From the human T2T-CHM13v2.0 reference genome, Homo sapiens, in the NCBI RefSeq assembly GCF_009914755.1, contig NC_060947.1: a stretch of 64,000 nucleotides of DNA, one strand, 5' to 3'. Every line of letters begins with the position of its first letter. Position 1 is the first letter of the stretch. A model generated the notes under the pieces. It saw only the letters and a list, made by a program, of their open reading frames with translations, did no database searches and was not told where the DNA came from. The position numbers were made by a program, and so were the translations under genes. Below are positions 60,801 to 64,000 of this stretch, piece by piece.

Positions 60801-63800
60801 ACTCTGTGAGGTGAATGCAAACATCCCAAAGAAGTTTCTGAGAATGCTTCCGTTTAGCTTTAAGTGAAGATTATCCCGTTTCCAACGAAATCTTCAAAGA
60901 GGTCCAAATATCCCCTTGCGGATCCCACAGAAAGAGTGTTTCGAAACTGCTGTTTCAAAAGGAATCTTCAACTCTGTGAGTTGAATGCAATCATCACAAA
61001 GAAGTTTCTGACAATGCTTCTCTCTCGTCTTTCTGTGAAGATAAAGGAAAAGGCTTTCAGGCCATTTCCACCACAGGCCTGAAAGCGCTCCAAATGTCCA
61101 CTTGCAGATTCTGCCAAAAGAATATTTCAAAACTGCTCTATGAAAAGCAATGTTAAACTCTGCGGCTCGAACACAAACATCACAAAGCAGTTTCTGAGAA
61201 TGCTTCAGTTTAGTTTTTCTGTGGAAATATTCCCGTTTCCAAAGAAATCTTCAAAGAGGTCCACGCATCCACTTACAGATTCTACAAAAAGACAGTTTCA
61301 AAACTGCTCAATCAAAAGGAGGGTTCAACTGTGTGACTTGAATGCATTCATCACTCAGAAGTTTCTGAGAACGCTTCTCTTTAGTTTTTACGTGAACATA
61401 TACCCGTTTCGAACGAAGGCCAGCCAGTGGTCCAAATATCCACTTGCAGATTCTACAGAAAGAGTGTTTTGAACCTGAACTCTCAAAGGCAGGTTCATCT
61501 CTGCGAGTTAAATGCATTCATCATGAAGAACTTTCTCAACGTGTTTGTGTTTAGTTATGGGAAATTATTCCCGTTTCCAACGAAATCCTCAGAGAGCTCC
61601 AAATATCCACCTGCAGATTCTACCAAAAGTGTATTTGGAAACTGCTCCATGAAAAGGCATGTTCAGCTCTGTGAGTGAAACTCCGTCATCACAAAGAATA
61701 TTCTGAGAATGCTTCCGTTTGCCTTTTATATGAAGTTCCTTCCTATACTACCGTAGGCCTCAAAGCAGTCCAAATCTCCATTTGCAGATTCTACAAAAAG
61801 AGTGATTCCAATCTGCTCTATCAATAGGATTGTTCAACTCCATGAGTTGAATGCCATCCTCACAAAGTAGTTTCTGAGAATGCTTCTATGTAGTTTTTAT
61901 GTGAAGATATTTCCTTTTCCACCACAGGCCTCAAAGCCCTCCAAACGTCCACTTGCAGATTCTCGAAAAAGAGTGTTTCATAGCTGCTCTTTCAAAAGGA
62001 AAGTTCAACTCTGGGAGTTGAATACAAACATCACAAAGTAGTTTCCGAGATTGCTTCTGGTTAGTTCTTATGTGAAGATGATCCCGTTTCCAGTGAAATC
62101 TTCAAAGAGGTCCACATATCCCCTTGCAGATTCCAAAGAAAGAGGGTTTCAAAACTGCTCCATCAAAAGGATTGTTCAACTCTGTGAGTTGAATGCAGTC
62201 ATCGCAGAAAACTTTCTGAGAATGCTTCTGTCTAGGTTTGAGGTGAAGATATAGACGTTTCAAACGAAGGCTACAAAGTGGTCAACATATACACTTGCAG
62301 ATTCTACTACAAGGGTGTTGCAAACCTCAACTATCAAAGGAAGGTTCAACTCTGTGAGATGAATGCAAACATCACAAAGAATGTTCTGAGTTTGCTTCCG
62401 TTCAGTTATGGGAAGTTGATCCCGTTTCCAACGAAATCCTCAGAGAGGTCCAAATATCCCCTTGCAGATTCTACAAAACGTGTGTTTGGAAACTGCTCCA
62501 TCATAACGAATGTTCAGCTCTCTGAGTTAAACTCCATCGTCACAAAGAATTTTCTGAGGGTGCTACCTTCTAGTTTTTATATGAAGTTCTTTCCTTTACT
62601 ACCACAGGCCTCAAAGTGGTCCAAATCTCCACTTGCAGATTCTACAAAAAGAGTGTTTGCAAACTGCTCTATCAAAAGGAATGTTCAACTCTGGGAGTTG
62701 AATGCAATCATCACAGAGCAGTTTCTGAGAATGCTTCTATGTCGTTTTTAGGAGAAGATATTTCCTTTTCCAACACAGTCCTCCAAGCCCGCTAAATATC
62801 CACTTGCACATTGTAGAAAAAGTGTGTCGAAGCTGCGCTATCAAAGGGAAAGTTCAACTCTGTGAGGTGAATGCAAACATCCCAAAGAAGTTTCTGAGAA
62901 TGCTTCCGTTTAGCTTTAAGTGAAGATTATCCCGTTTCCAACGAAATCTTCAAAGAGGTCCAAATATCCCCTTGCGGATCCCACAGAAAGAGTGTTTCGA
63001 AACTGCTGTTTCAAAAGGAATCTTCAACTCTGTGAGTTGAATGCAATCATCACAAAGAAGTTTCTGACAATGCTTCTCTCTCGTCTTTCTGTGAAGATAA
63101 AGGAAAAGGCTTTCAGGCCATTTCCACCACAGGCCTGAAAGCGCTCCAAATGTCCACTTGCAGATTCTGCCAAAAGAATATTTCAAAACTGCTCTATGAA
63201 AAGCAATGTTAAACTCTGCGGCTCGAACACAAACATCACAAAGCAGTTTCTGAGAATGCTTCAGTTTAGTTTTTCTGTGGAAATATTCCCGTTTCCAAAG
63301 AAATCTTCAAAGAGGTCCACGCATCCACTTACAGATTCTACAAAAAGACAGTTTAAAAACTGCTCAATCAAAAGGAGGGTTCAACTGTGTGACTTGAATG
63401 CATTCATCACTCAGAAGTTTCTGAGAACGCTTCTCTTTAGTTTTTACGTGAACATATACCCGTTTCGAATGAAGGCCAGCCAGTGGTCCAAATATCCACT
63501 TGCAGATTCTACAGAAAGAGTGTTTTGAACCTGAACTCTCAAAGGCAGGTTCATCTCTGCGAGTTAAATGCATTCATCATGAAGAACTTTCTCAGCGTGT
63601 TTGTGTTTAGTTATGGGAAATTATTCCCGTTTCCAACGAAATCCTCAGAGAGCTCCAAATATCCACCTGCAGATTGTACCAAAAGTGTATTTGGAAACTG
63701 CTCCATGAAAAGGCATGTTCAGCTCTGTGAGTGAAACTCCGTCATCACAAAGAATATTCTGAGAATGCTTCCGTTTGCCTTTTATATGAAGTTCCTTCCT

Positions 63801-64000
63801 ATACTACCGTAGGCCTCAAAGCAGTCCAAATCTCCATTTGCAGATTCTACAAAAAGAGTGATTCCAATCTGCTCTATCAATAGGATTGTTCAACTCCATG
63901 AGTTGAATGCCATCCTCACAAAGTAGTTTCTGAGAATGCTTCTATGTAGTTTTTATGTGAAGATATTTCCTTTTCCACCACAGGCCTCAAAGCCCTCCAA
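30853..64000. repeat. Right HOR haplotype block (H16-H32)
   Basis: Mostly shared states: tttgatgtg, tctagtttt, caactgtgtg, gagttaaatgc, tttagttatgg, gagaacgcttctct, ctcagcgtg and cacgcatcc. Confidence 0.8.

Larger units (their letters stand above)
1..64000. repeat. DXZ1: Centromeric alpha-satellite higher-order repeat array, 12-mer of 2057 bp; most likely human DXZ1 (chrX centromere)
   Basis: Seen: ~171-bp monomers with alphoid motifs (ctgagaatgctt, ccacttgcagattctac, gttcaactctgtgagttgaat). Near-identical units start at 1, 2058, 4115, 6172, 8229, 10286, 12343, 14400, 16457, 18513, 20570, 22626, 24683, 26739, 28796, 30853, 32910, 34967, 37024, 39081, 41138, 43195, 45250, 47307, 49364, 51421, 53478, 55535, 57591, 59647, 61703 and 63759. 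Established knowledge: DXZ1 is a ~2.0-kb (2057-bp) 12-monomer HOR released by BamHI; one GGATCC occurs per unit here (1275-1280 in H1). Confidence 0.96.

Noticed and set aside
100-63734. All ORFs in the six-frame track (for example the 157-aa MVKIYTCRF... and 112-aa MKSNVKL... ORFs)
   Set aside because: They recur every 2057 bp and are translations of the 171-bp (57-codon) monomer. Many begin at GTG or TTG, they gain stops and frameshifts freely between copies, and they resemble no protein family I recognise.
1-64000. CRISPR-like repeat-spacer array or other novel prokaryotic-type system
   Set aside because: The sequence between conserved motifs is itself homologous monomer sequence and repeats each HOR. 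There are no unique spacers, leader or cas-like genes.
1-64000. Assigning the window to the active kinetochore site or hypomethylated centromere dip region
   Set aside because: That region is defined epigenetically and cannot be read from sequence alone.

Overview
The whole 64 kb window is one uninterrupted head-to-tail array of primate alpha-satellite DNA. It is organised as a 12-monomer higher-order repeat (HOR) with a canonical period of 2057 bp; some units are 2056 or 2055 bp because of 1-bp indels. There are 31 complete HORs (H1-H31) plus the first 242 bp of a 32nd. The 2057-bp 12-mer, the single BamHI site per unit, one 186-bp monomer and the pentamer-derived (suprachromosomal family 3) monomer order match DXZ1, the human X-chromosome centromeric array. 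CENP-B boxes read on the minus strand, with four intact sites per consensus HOR. I see no genes, RNA genes, transposon insertions, inversions or monomer-number variants. All ORFs in the track are periodic artefacts of the repeat. I found no previously undescribed biological system. The points of interest lie in the array's internal history: a haplotype transition at about 25-31 kb, multi-HOR duplications, long-range shared patches, clustered mutations hitting CENP-B boxes, an apparent AT-to-GC bias among shared variants, and a double-hairpin insertion in the 186-bp monomer. All variant calls and counts were made by eye and need confirmation by alignment.
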